The notes: a model not told the origin generated them from the sequence alone. A DNA stretch of 64,000 nt from Trichodelitschia bisporula (GCA_010356995.1 ML996697.1:62001-126000); one strand, 5' to 3'. Positions 11,143 through 23,134 are shown, counted from the first letter of the stretch. Translations and numbers: made by a program.

Positions 11143-13818
11143 ATGGCTCGCGGTGCCTTCAAAACGCAGAACATCATGCACACGGCAGGCATCTACTCGG
11201 ACATGACCGTCGACGGCCCCGAGATAGGCACGCTCGTCGTCATCGTCGATCGCGCGAAGAACCTGCCCAACCGCCGCACCATGACCAAGCAAGACCCCTA
11301 CTGCGCCATCCGCCTAGGCAAGGAAGCAAAGAAGACAGAGACCGATAAACGCGGCGGGCAGACTCCACGATGGTAAGTCTCCCGACAGCATACCGCATGA
11401 CCATAGCTAACCCCCTCCCCCCCCAGGGACCAAGAACTCCGCTTCACAGTCCACGACTCCCCCGACTACTACAACCTCAAACTCTCCGTCTTCAACGACG
11501 ACAAAAAGACCGAGCTCATCGGCGAAACCTTCATCCAGTTAACCGACGTCGTGACCCCGGGCGGCGGGCAGAGCGATACATGGCACCCCCTTACCTGCCG
11601 CGGCAAGTACGCAGGCGAAGTTCGCATGGAGATGACCTACTACGACTCCCGCCCGAAGGAGGAAGAGCAGCGCGTCGTCGTCCCGGCGGAAGATATACAA
11701 GTCCCTTCCGTGCCTACGACGCGGGCTTCGCCGATTAAGCGCCGCCCGCTGCCGACGGATCCGATGGGTGCGACGCCCCCGCCCAAGGCTACAGTCCCCC
11801 GGTCCTCGCGGCAGCATCACTCCCGGGCCGAGCGCCACACCCCGCGCCGATCGGCGGAGCCGCTGTACGCGGAGCCAGAGGCCTATGCGCCGGATCCATA
11901 TCAGCAAATCGGCAGACAGCAATCCCTCCCCTACGAACACGACGAGGCGCCGCGGGGCCCCGCACCACCCGTCCACGAGCAGCTAGCAGACATCGATCTC
12001 GGCCCGCCGAAACACAGCCGCCACCGGTCGCGCCCGTCAGAGCATTCTGGACATGCGTATCGCGAGGCGCCGCAGCATTCGCACTCAGCGCCGTTGCTCG
12101 CACAAGTGCCACATGAGGAAATGCAGCACAGTCCGAACCCGCACCACAGTCCCAGCCCAGCGTACGCAACGGACCCACAATACATACCCTACTCCCCCCA
12201 AGCCGAAGCCCTCGTCCGGCACGACCCACAACAATTCGACTCCAGCCGTCGCCACTCAGGCTTCGACCCGCACCACTACGCCGAGCACCACGAGCACGCC
12301 GCGCACATGCAGCCAACCGTCGAGGACGAGATGATGGACCTGCCGCCGCCACCCCCCGTACATCGCGAGCCGATCCACAGCCGCACGTACCCGGCCATGG
12401 CCCCGCAGCCGCTGAACATCGCGCGCCGCTCGAGCTACGACCCTTTGCAAGATCCAGCGTACTCGCCGGGGTACGCACCGCAGCCGCAGGCGCTTCGCTC
12501 GCGGGCTTCGTCTGGCGATGCGCTTGTGCGGCCTGCAGTTATGGACGATCCGTACGCGTCGCCTGGCTATGCGCAACCGCCTCCCAGCGTAGCCGAGTAC
12601 TACCCGTCCCAAGGCTACGGGCAACCCCCGCAGCAGCCCGGGCCTGAGAAACTGGTCGCCTACGCACCAGACGACAGACCGATTTACGCCCCTGTCCCAA
12701 TGAGTATTGTCCCGCGCCGTCCCATCGGCGATCGCACGAGTCTGTACCGTGACGAGCCGTCGTCGTCGCCAGCTGAGTCACCATACCACACGCCGACCCG
12801 CGGCCGGCACAGCCAGGCCCCGTCCACCCAGCACACACCGCACCACCCCACACCGCCGAGTCATCGTTCTTCGTACCAGCAGAGCTACCAGGGCACACCG
12901 GCCTACGCCACCCCGCCCGCGAAACCGCATCCGCTTTCGCAAACCGCCGGCGCACCGGGGTACTACGACGCCCCGCTCAAACCCGCCCCCGCCTCCCCCT
13001 CCCCAGCGCCAAGCCCCGACTCGCGCGCGCGCCTCCCGCGCAAATCCGTCTCCCCACGCCCTCCCACCGCAGAGGAAAGGCGGCCTAGCGACGCCGCGCC
13101 GTTTGATCCAGATGCGTTTGACGTGTACAACCCCGCCGCAAAGCGGAGTACGGCATCGCTGGTCAGCGACCGCGGAAGCGGGACGCCGGATCGTGATCCT
13201 GCGGAGCCGATAATCGATTTCCACGGCAAGGTGATTGATCCGTCTGATCGCTTGCCCGAGACGGTCTGGGCGCCTGAACCGGAGCCTAAGGGCGCGGCGC
13301 GGGACAAGCCGGCAAGGGAACGCGAGCGATTAACCGGGGCGAGGGAATTGGGCGCGCGCAGTCCGCGGGACCGGTTCAGTTTGTCCAGTACTTCTGTATC
13401 CGCGTCGCCGGCCCCAAGTCCGCTGACCATCGCTACGAAAGCGCAAATCGCAGCCCAGGACGCAAGTCCCGGGTCCCGGAATAGATTGCAGAAGCGCGCG
13501 CCGGGACAGCGGCACAGCGTCGCTGGCGTGCCGGTTGCCGGGGCGCCGTTGCGGGATATTCCCAATCCACCGGCTTTTAGCGGGCGGGGGAGTTTTGGCC
13601 AGGGGGGCAGCCCGGGTGGAGGGTATGGAAGGGCGCCGCCGATCCCGGCGAAGGTGCCGCTGAGCAGAGAGGATTTGGCCACCGGGCCGGGAGGGGAGGA
13701 TGTCAGTGCTTTGAGCGCGGAGATGATGCGGATTGATCTGGGGCCTGCGCCTAGTACGGCGGGCTCGTCGGCGGAGAGGAGGGTGGGGGGGAGGAGGTTG
13801 TTGGGGTATCGGAGTTAG
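11143..13818 (+). CDS. C2-domain cytokinesis ingression protein (Inn1/Fic1-like) with a long Pro-rich tail; intron 11373..11426
   Basis: N-terminal C2 domain GTLVVIVDRAKNLPNRR..KQDPYC..RLG....T..DKRGGQTPRW|DQELRF, followed by a PxxP-rich tail; canonical intron. Confidence 0.85.
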
Positions 13819-14431
13819 ATGGCATTTCTTGGGCGTTAGACGGGGTGGGCGCATACATAGGCGGTTTCGGTGGGCGGTTGGGTTTTGTAGGTTTCAATGT
13901 CTCTGACGGCCTTTACGGTTGGGTTGGTTTCAGCGTTTATGGCTGCTTTACGGGGATGGGAGGAATGCTCATATGCAGGCAATGGTAACTGTGTACTGAA
14001 GATTGAAGTGGATGGCAAAGAGAGGATGAGGGGAAGAGACTCTCGGGACTTAGATAGACGATTGCCAAGTGGGGTATCCTCCTTCTGCTCCTTGCTTCCA
14101 TCATGCGCTCATTACGGATGTACATCATGACCCGTAACATGTGACCTTCTCGACATAAATCCTCCTTCCATATCCATCACACAGGGCACGTGAGATCTCG
14201 GTTGCAGCTACCGCAGCGGGGGCTAGCTTGGTGCCCGGCTGGGCAAGACAGGGGGCCCTAGGATGTGCAACACGCAATGTTAACGTATCGCTGCGTATTT
14301 ATCAAGTTGCCTAGTTCTAATGCTCAACGCTATGCCGGTCGCCGTGTGATACGGCTTACCGATCGTCTATTTAACCCGTCCCGTACCCCGCATAATTGAA
14401 GCCATTGAAGAGATCGAAGAGAGATTCAAGG

Positions 14432-16065
14432 ATGCCGCGCCCCAAATCCCCGCCCCTAACCGCCGACATCGACGAGGAGACACCGCTGCTTGCACGCGAT
14501 GCCGAGGAGCAAGAGCCAGAGGGCGAGTTCCGGCTGGGACAAATCGTGATTCTGTGCGCCTGCCGCGTGCTTGATCCGATATCGTTCTTTTGTATTATCC
14601 CGTTTGTTAATTTTATGGTTGAGGACACGGGCGTGCGCGAGGAGAATGTTGGGTTTTACACTGGGCTTATCGTGCGTCCCCCCCATTATCCCGTCCTCCT
14701 CCCCACACCCACCCACTGACCCGAGACAGGAGTCCCTCTTCTCCCTCACCCAAATGGCCATGATGATATCCTGGGGCCGAGCCGCAGACCGCTTCGGCCG
14801 CCGCCCCATCACGCTAGTCTGCCTCGCCGGCCTCACGGTCTCCAGCGCGGCCTTCGGGTTCACGCGCACGATCTGGCAAATGGCGCTGACACGCTGCGTC
14901 GCGGGCCTGTTCGCAGGAACTGTAGTCAGCATCCGAGCGATGGTGTACGAGAACGCAACCCCCTCCACCCAGGCCCGCGCGTTCAGCATCTTCGCCTTCG
15001 CAGGCAACATCGGCATCTTTGCCGGGCCGCTGATCGGCGGTCTTGCGAAGCCGGCGGAGCAGTACCCAGGACTCTTCGGGCAGGTCCCGTTCTTCACGGA
15101 CCATCCCTACGCGCTGCCGACGCTCGTCGTCGGCGGGCTCGGGGTGATATCCACGACGGTGGCGTTCTTCAGCATCGAAGAAACGCTGGGCCGGAATAAG
15201 CCGCGCGGGTCCGAGGGCGAGGTGCCGAAGCCGCCGATGAGCACGCTTGAGATTCTGCGCGCGCCGAATGTCCTCTATGTCCTCGTGCTATTCTGCTGGA
15301 TTGCGCTCCTCGCCTTCGGGTTCACGGCCGGTGCGTCCCCCCCCTTTCCCTTCTGACCAAGCTAACAGCCCAGTCGCACCGCTCTTCCTCTTCACATCCC
15401 CGCCGCTGGGCGGTCTCGGCTTTCCCCCACGCCTTATCAGCGCCTTCCTCGCCGGGTGCGGCGCCAGCCAGGCCGCGTGGCTGCTCCTCGGCTTCCCGCC
15501 GCTGCACGCGCGGCTGGGGACGGGCGGCGTGCTGCGCGCGTGTATCTTCGCCCTACCGCTTTTCTACGCCGCGCACCCGCTACTCGCGCTCCTGCGGCGC
15601 AGCGGAGCCGAAGCCGCGTTCTGGGGGCTGGCGGGGCCGGCGCTGGTGCTGGGGAGCGGGGTCGCGATGCAATTCACCGCGGTGCAGTTGGCGATCAATG
15701 ATGTAGCACCGAGTGCTGAGGTGCTGGGGACGGTGAATGGGTTGGCGCTGACGGCGCAGAGTGCGACGCGGGCATTTAGTCCGGCGGTGTTTACTAGTGT
15801 TTATGCGTGGGGGGTTGGGCGGGGTGTGCTTGGGGGGTATTTTGGGTGGGTAGTGTTGATTGTGGGGGCGGTGGGGTTGGGGGGGTATCTTATGTGGTTT
15901 CCTAAGGAGTTGGAGGGGAAGGGGGCGAAGAAGTCGGGCGGGGATGAGGAGGGGGGAGGACGGAATGCAGGGGAGAATGGGCGCGCGGAGTATGGAGGGA
16001 ATGGGAGGGTTGAGGGTGAGGGGAATGAACGCGTTGGAGCGGAGAATGAGGAGGCGTACTCGTAG
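14432..16065 (+). CDS. major facilitator superfamily transporter; introns 14672..14729 and 15331..15373
   Basis: EETPLL N-terminal motif, MFS motif A (WGRAADRFGRRP), motif C-like GIFAGPLIGG and ~12 hydrophobic segments. Both introns restore frame. Confidence 0.9.
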
Positions 16066-16747
16066 GCTGATGCGGCATCTGGCATCGGGCAGAGGATCGC
16101 TGCGAGTTTGGAAACGAACTTAGCTGTACGGCTTCTTGGGCGTTTGGATATGGAACCGCTGGTACGAGGAGCATATATCTGGCGTAGGTAGACAGGCAGG
16201 TAAAAGGTCCTTTCAATGCGCGAGAACTTCTTCAGCCTTGTTCATTGCCTCTTTATTAGCCAACGAGTTATTCATACTTCCCCTCGAGCTGACACGAACA
16301 CTCTAGGACATCGTTACAGAATCCCGTTTGAAAATATATCCTAACTGCGGCGCGACGTCGGCCTCATCGAGGACTCCCTCTTATCCATATCCTTCTGATT
16401 GACGACCGGATTGACCCCCTCGGCGATGTAGGACGTCAACTATGAAGCTGGGAAAACATCCATGGCACTGCTCACCTGCTATACGCCCTGGATCTCCAGC
16501 GCTCTTGCGGTTTCCGCCTTGCCTCGTACAGGCGCACCTTACTATCTTACTCTAGAGAAGGTACATCCCACCCTCACCACCTCTCATCTCAAATATGCAT
16601 TCTCTCTGTATCGCTTTCAGACCAGACTGTGCATCCTTTCTCTCTCTACACAAACCGATACCCAGTAGACATCACTAAGACAGCATCATCAAGTATATCA
16701 ATACAGCAATCATTCCAATAGAGCCAAAGGCGCCCAACAACCTCACA

Positions 16748-18241
16748 ATGGCGCGCACCAAGAAACCAGCGCGCAAATCCGAGAGCGACATCAGCAGCAC
16801 CAACCCCAATAAGCGCACTGGGAGAGACTCTTCATCCTCGTTCGTTCTTGAGAGCTCTCACTCGTTTAGCTCTCCCTCAATTGAGGAGAGCTCCGACTCC
16901 GAGCGCCACCGTACCGGCAAGAACCGCAAAACCTCTATTCGGAGAGTGCCTAAGCCCCCCAGGTTCGCTTTTGATAGCTCTTCCCGGCCGAGCGCCCCCC
17001 CGATTGACGAGAGCTCCGACGACTCTGAGTGCGACCCTACCGACGAGAGAGTTGAAAACTCTGCTCGGAGGGCGACTAACCGCCCTAGATTCGTTGCTGA
17101 GAGCTCCGAGGACTCCGAGCGCCACCCTGCTGGCAAGAATGGTAAACATTCTGCTCGGGGGGCGACTAAGCGCCCCAGGTCCGTTCTTGAGAGCTCTCCT
17201 TCAGCAAACTCCCCCCCGATTAAGGAGAACTCCGAGGACTCTGAGCGCCACCCTACCAACAAGAAAGGTAAAACATCCGTTCAGAGGGCGACTAAGCGCC
17301 CCAGGCTCGTCGCTGAGAGCTCTCCTTCGCCAAATTCCCCCCCAATTGAGAAGAGCTTCCACCGCCCGAGCCCCAGCCCGATTGAGAGGGGCTTCCCCCG
17401 CCCGAGCCCCAGCCCAATTGAGAGGGGCTTCCCCCGCCCGAGCCCCCGCCCGATTGAGAGGAGCTTCTCCCGCCCGGGCCCCCGTCCCATTGAGAATAGG
17501 CCTTCCCGCCCAAACCCCCGCCCGAGCCCCCGCCCGACTGAGGAGAGCTCCGAGGACTCTGAGTGCCACCCTACCGGCAATAAAGTCAAAGCCTCTGCTG
17601 GCAAGGCGACTAAGCGCCCCACGTTCGTACCTGAGAGCTCTCCCCCGCCGAGCTCCGAGGACACTGAGCGCCACCCTACCGACAAGAAATTCAACCCCTC
17701 TGCCCGGAGGGTGACTAAGCGCCGCAGGGACGAAGAAGATGGGACTCCCGATAAGAAGGCGAGCAAGCGATCCAGACTGGCCCGAGAGATGGAGAACTTG
17801 GCGGATTTCAATGAGTGGCCGGAGGGACAGGGGCCCAATGCTATCGACAGTGTTGAGGATTCTCCCCCGCCGAACTCCTCGGACTCTGAGCCCCGCCCTC
17901 CCAGCAAGAAAGCCAAACCCTCTGCCCGGAGGGCAACTAAACGCCGCAGGGACGAAGAAAATGGGACTCCCGCTAAGAAGGCGAGCAGGCGATCCAGATT
18001 AGCGCGAGAGATGAACAACCTCGCGGATTTCAATGAGTGGCCGGAGGGGCACGGGTCCAATGTTATCGGGAGTGTTGAGGATCCCATAGCCGTCGACAAT
18101 GCTCCGGACGGAGGGAGGCGGCACACTACCAGCACGGCCGGTCGTGATCCCAGCACGTCACCTCTGACTGCGGCGGTTATACGTGCTTTGGTGGATGAGT
18201 CTCGGGGACTGCGCAGCTCTAGACGCTCGCGTCGCGACTGA
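16748..18241 (+). CDS. orphan repeat-built Ser/Pro/Arg-rich protein (497 aa) starting MARTKKPARKS; paralog of the 4301..7015 gene
   Basis: Single ORF with ~40-aa ESSEDSERHP..K....SAR.ATKRPR units, 36-bp PIERGFPRPSPS tandem units and two copies of LAREM.NLADFNEWPEG. Confidence 0.75.
   Translation: MARTKKPARKSESDISSTNPNKRTGRDSSSSFVLESSHSFSSPSIEESSDSERHRTGKNRKTSIRRVPKPPRFAFDSSSRPSAPPIDESSDDSECDPTDERVENSARRATNRPRFVAESSEDSERHPAGKNGKHSARGATKRPRSVLESSPSANSPPIKENSEDSERHPTNKKGKTSVQRATKRPRLVAESSPSPNSPPIEKSFHRPSPSPIERGFPRPSPSPIERGFPRPSPRPIERSFSRPGPRPIENRPSRPNPRPSPRPTEESSEDSECHPTGNKVKASAGKATKRPTFVPESSPPPSSEDTERHPTDKKFNPSARRVTKRRRDEEDGTPDKKASKRSRLAREMENLADFNEWPEGQGPNAIDSVEDSPPPNSSDSEPRPPSKKAKPSARRATKRRRDEENGTPAKKASRRSRLAREMNNLADFNEWPEGHGSNVIGSVEDPIAVDNAPDGGRRHTTSTAGRDPSTSPLTAAVIRALVDESRGLRSSRRSRRD
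17340..17550 (+). repeat. 36-bp coding tandem repeat (PIERGFPRPSPS), ~6 copies
   Basis: gattgagaggggcttcccccgcccgagcccc repeated with few changes. Confidence 0.85.
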
Positions 18242-18431
18242 GCATTCTCCTAGAGCTGATCGGAAGAACAGCTCGGATGGGGCCTAGACGGAGAATGAGG
18301 GGTAGCCTTTGGGTGTGGAGAGCGAATTCAGTTATCTTTTGCTCGCCCATCTGCCAGGTGAGGGTTTCCGACAAAATGCGCGCCTCCGCCTCTACATGCC
18401 CAGTGATGAAGACTAGATGACGCCTTCATTG

Positions 18432-18625
18432 TTGTAGCACAGGCTCACTGGCACGTGTATACATTATGATGATTGTGAAAGAGTTGATAAAAGACGAGGA
18501 GATGACGAGAGACGGAGGTTCTCGAGGTTTAAATACACCATGTCCTTGAACACTCCTTCCCTCAATACTTGCATTACATCATAACCTTGCTTACATAAGA
18601 ATGCTCCTTCCATATCCACATCATT
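18432..18625. repeat. dispersed ~200-bp repeat, copy C (others near 1262-1390, 14001-14178 and, inverted, 63263-63465)
   Basis: Its reverse complement aligns with 63263-63465 over blocks such as tatggaaggagcattcttatgtaagca, tgtatttaaacctcgaga, tcatctcctcgtctt and gtgagcctgt. Confidence 0.8.
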
Positions 18626-19326
18626 CATGCTGGAACGTGCAGTGAAAATAGAACATTGTAATTGCGCGCCGGGGCATTCGATGTGACGACGACACCAAGG
18701 AACTAACTAGTTCTAACCATTCCAAACATCGCCAACCTTACTCCCTTTCCCTTCCCGCACCATCGTGACATAAGGTAGACAAGCATCATAGTTGGATGGA
18801 GTATTCTTATCTCGGGAAGTCATACCCAACATCAGAAGGAAAGGACCGGTGGACACTTGTGTGTATATCCGCACGACCTCGCCGCTCCCTCTCCTCCTCT
18901 CCTCCTCTTCTCGTCTTCCACTTTGCCCTCGTTGCTCTGCGCGTTCTAAGGCACACTCCATTGGCCTTTCTAGCGGCGACACGAAATCCATTCAAGATTC
19001 CTCGGAATCCCCAAGCTAGACACTGAACATTTCTCCCATTTACGCCACCTGGCGGCCGTCACCGGACCATTCCTCAGCTCCTCCGCTATGCTTTCCCGGG
19101 ACGGCAGTAAAACGACGCTGCCTTTCCAGTCGGAAGAAACGGCAGCCAGACTCCATGGAATATCGGTACTCCATAACTCCCGCCACAGCTTGTTGCATAT
19201 CCTCGACCGACCCCCGCCCCTCGAAGAACCCATCTACGGCGGCGCACTAAGCGGCGCCCGCCCCGGCTTTACCCTACGCCCCATCAGCATCCATCCTCAA
19301 ACCCATCCCTCCACCAAAGGCAAAAC

Positions 19327-19602
19327 TCACCCATGGCTCCCCCCCCCACGCTTAGCACAACACTTCGCAAACTGGCCATGATCGACAGTATTATCCAGCG
19401 GGCCAGCATAACCCTGGCATAGCTTAGTCAACTCATTTTAATACGCCTTTTGCCTAACCGCCGCGCAGCAGTCCTTGGTGATCTGGTGGTTGGCACCACC
19501 GTGGCCGGACGTTTGGTACGTGCACCAGGCTGGGCCGCTGAGGAGGGCGGTGGGACCGGCGAGGGCGAGGGTAAAGAAGAGGAGGATGTAGGCGAAAAAC
19601 AT
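19327..19602 (-). pseudogene. small secreted six-cysteine protein gene with an in-frame TAA (19438-19440); tandem paralog of 19946..20287
   Basis: MFFAYILLFFTLALAGPTALLSGPAWC...TKDCCAAVRQKAY*NELTKLC...DHGQFAKCCAKRGGGSHG aligns end to end with the neighbour. Confidence 0.8.
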
Positions 19603-19945
19603 GTTTGGAGGTCCGGTAAGGAGATGTGGCCGTAGGTGATGATGATGATTTTACTGGTGGAGTCTGGCGGCCTTTATCCACTCCTTCGCTTCACAGCATC
19701 CCTTCACAGACACTCTTCACAGCCTGCGCGTAAAGTGCAGCCCGCACGCGTTACCGCGCACAAGATATCGCAGCTCTCAGATCCGTCAACCCTTCCGAGA
19801 ATGTGCTTTCGATTCCATGGGATATCAATACTCACACCGCCCATCCCAGCTCGTCAAGTATCCCAAGCCCCCTCCGCCTTCCCGCGCACCCATTTCCATC
19901 ACCGCGATACGCAGCCCCCATCCCAGTCCCGTCTCAAAGTCCCCA

Positions 19946-20287
19946 TCATCCACCGCCCGTCACACTCCCATCACTCCAAACAACTGTCCCACCGCTCCCC
20001 CCGTCTTTCTTGCAGCACTTAGCGAAGCCGACGTAGTCGATATCCTTGGTCCCGGACCCGAGACCCTCGTGGCCCATGCACTCCACATATGTCGAGTTAT
20101 AGTGCGCCTTGCGCTTCACCGTTGTACAACAATGTTTGGTTTTCTGGCGGTTGGGTCTGTACAGCCCGGCTTTGTCGTCGGTGCACCAGGCTGGGCTGCC
20201 GCCGATGGTGGTGGGCTTTGGTTTCGCTGACTTGGCGGGTCTCGCGAGCGCGACGGTGGCGAAGAGGAGGATGTAGGCGAAATGCAT
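19946..20287 (-). CDS. small secreted cysteine-rich protein (C-CC-C-CC pattern), effector/killer-toxin-like candidate
   Basis: Signal peptide MHFAYILLFATVALA, 113 aa, motif PAWC...TKHCC...C...FAKCC. Confidence 0.85.
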   Translation of the reverse strand: MHFAYILLFATVALARPAKSAKPKPTTIGGSPAWCTDDKAGLYRPNRQKTKHCCTTVKRKAHYNSTYVECMGHEGLGSGTKDIDYVGFAKCCKKDGGSGGTVVWSDGSVTGGG

Positions 20288-21317
20288 CGTTAGAGGTAAG
20301 GGAGACGTGATTGTTGGTGATGATGATTCTACCCGCGGAACTGGCGGCTTTATCCACCCCTCCGCTTCACAGCATACTCTTCACAGCCCGCGCGCAAAGT
20401 GAACCTTACACATATCGCTGCGTTTGAGATATTGTAGCCCAGAGGCGCTATCTCCACGATGTCAGCGAAAAACAGTATCAAACCCTCCAAATTCAGCATC
20501 GCCATCAATCCGTAGAGTAGAAGAATGGGCGGACCGCTCATGATCTCCACCTGCATACTCTGTACGCGTCACCAGATTCAGAGCCGACCCACAAAGCGAC
20601 CTGCAAGGTCCGCGACAATTCATGGACCAGGTCAGCCTCGGCCCATCTGGAAGCCGCGCATCGGCCCGCGCCGAGCACTTACGGGTAGCCGAAAAAGGTG
20701 CGCGAGTGGCGCCCTGAAATCCGGGGTTGGAGGGGTGGAGAATTGTTGTTCCGCGCAAGGCGACGAAACACCAGATCGCGCCTCACAAATGTCGACCAAG
20801 ACGGTCCACGAAGCCGCTCATGATGCCGCATGCCAGCGCCCGAGATCCCGAGCCCATACCGCGTAGGCCGATCCTTCGCGACCGGCCAGCCCGCCTCCTG
20901 TCCTAGCAAAGATGCGTCATGAAAACGCGCGCCGTCGTCGCGGCCCGCCAAGCCGCGCACAGGAAGCGACTCCTAACCGGCCATCGTGAAACATCAAGAC
21001 CCCAATGAGCAGTCCCGCGTAGCAAACGGGCCGAAAAAAATGATCTCGCCAGTTTCCTTCGGGCAGAGCCGCTTCGGCGCGCTGAATCGCGCCCAGGCCG
21101 AGCGACCGGGATACCCCCTCCAGAGCACTTAACCCGCGACACCTATACCAAGCGCGTCACGACGAAGGATTGCGACCCTGCTCTTGTACCGCCGAGACTC
21201 GAACCGCCGAGATGGCTCGAGCCAAGCAAGTATGATGTTTGCCTAACGTCTCCCAACGTCGCCTCGTCCACCTCCACCTCACCCTCTCCTGCACCATCAC
21301 TACCACGCGGGCCCATC

Positions 21318-22640
21318 ATGCTCCTCCCTGGTAGTAGCCCGGCGCTGCATACCCTCCTCACCACCACCCTCCTCCTCACCCTCCTCACCCTCTACGGCAC
21401 ACGGTCCTTCTACCGCGACCCAGGGAGCATATTCTTCGACCCAGCCCGCGCCCTCGAGCGCCGCTACAGCATGCTGCGCGAAGCCGAAGCGCTGTTCTTC
21501 CACACCGCCATGCTCGCCAACGCCACTGCACACCCACACGCCGGCCCGAAGCCCCTCCTCTGCGGCACCCTCCTAACCGTCGCGCGGGACGCGGAAATCC
21601 ACCCGCTTGAAGTAGGGCCTCCGCTCCCCCTCAAGCAAAGCTAACCTAGCTAGCTAGCGCTCGCATCTGCCCTGCACCCGTTCTACCCCGCCGAGCGCGC
21701 GGCATTGCATTTGGGGATCTACTTCGCCGACACGAACCCAAGTCAGCACCCAACCTCGCACTCGCCCCTCCTCGCCCTCACCGACGCGCACACAACCCCC
21801 GTCTCCTTTCTTGAGCCCGCCGCGCTCGACGCCCAGCGCGCCCTCGAGGCAGAGGGCAAGTTAGGCACGAAGGTCGGGCATGACTTTGCCGCTGCGCTGC
21901 GTTGGACGCTGCAGGTGTGTGATGCGCCGTATGTCGCGCTGTTTGAGGGAGATGTTCTCTTCGCCGAGGGGTGGATGGCGCGGACCGCTGTGGCGTTGCG
22001 GGATATTGAGGCTCGAAGGAAGACGCGGGCCGAAGGGGGAGGGTGGTTGGATTTGCGGCTGTTTAATGATGAGGGGAATATTGGCTGGGAAAGGCAGGGG
22101 TGGTTGGATAACCACGTCCCGCTTATCGCGGGGGGCATCAGCATTGGCTTATGGGTCGTGCTGCGAATCGTGAGGATTAAAGGACGGAAGGTGGCTCCTG
22201 GTGTGACGGCTGTGCTGTGTCTTGTCACCATCCCCGCGCTCGTAATATTCTTCTTTCAAGCCGGCAAGTCCAGCCTCATCCCCCGCCCCGCCGGCGTAAG
22301 TGTGCAAAATTGGGGGTGCTGCACCCAAGGCGAGGTCATGCCGCGCGCAGCCGTGGCGGGATTGGCGGATGAGCTTGAGCGGAGAGCGGGTGCGCCGCCT
22401 GACGTTGTGTTCCTCGAGTATGCGGCCCGGCTTGGCTGGGTTAGGTATGCTCTTGATCCCGTGGTGATGCAGCATGTTGGGTGGAGGTCTAGGTTGGATC
22501 CGGGGCGGGGGATGGGGGCGGAGAGGGGGCCAGGGGGGGCGGTGTGGAGTATGGGTTTTGAAGATTTGAAGATGAGCAGGCTGGGGAGAGAGCATAGAGA
22601 TATGGCAGGGATGATATGGGGCAAGGAAGCGGTGGGGTAG
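21318..22640 (+). CDS. membrane-bound GT-A-like glycosyltransferase (PGAP4/TMEM246-like); intron 21612..21653
   Basis: N-terminal TM, YRDPGSIFFDP, YVALFEGDVL (DxD-like), LRLF...GW followed by two TM helices, GCCTQG and MQHVG..S. Confidence 0.65.
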
Positions 22641-23015
22641 GAGATGGACCGCATTGCTAGGTGGAGTTTGTGGGAGCGTTATTTTTACAAGTATTCATGG
22701 TCTGAAGGCGTTAGGAGAAAGCATGGGCATATGGAGGCTTACCTACTAACGGTTCGATGACGACTCGTACATCCCTAATCCGCGTAATGACAAAATAGAT
22801 GGACTGGGCTTGAGCAATCCTCACGTTAACATGCCTGTCTACCCGCGCCAAAGAGCATGCTCTTCGTACCAGCGGTTAAAGATCCGAATGCCAGAGGAGC
22901 CGCACAGCCAGGTTGTTAGGAGCGGCGATCGTCAGCCCACGGATGCATGCGTAAAGGAGTGTAAAGCCTACTGCAGGAACATAAGCGGCGAATGGAGCAC
23001 GAGCCAAAAGGCAAA

Positions 23016-23134
23016 AACATACAGCAGTTGGGATTCGCTGCTGGTCACCCACGCAACTACTAATCAACCGGTTCGCTGTTTAACTTCAGTGAGCAGACGG
23101 GGACTGGTGTTCTCAGCGACCTGTGGCCGTATGT
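23016..23134 (-). rRNA. dispersed 5S rRNA gene
   Basis: Reverse strand reads ACATACGGCCACAGG...TAGTAGTTGCGTGGGTGACCAGCAGCGAATCCCAACTGCTGTATGTT (119 nt) into a T-run terminator. It has typical ascomycete 5S ends and box C. Confidence 0.95.

Noticed and set aside
16748..18241. Histone H3 or CENP-A gene
   Set aside because: Only the first 11 residues match, and there is no histone-fold domain.
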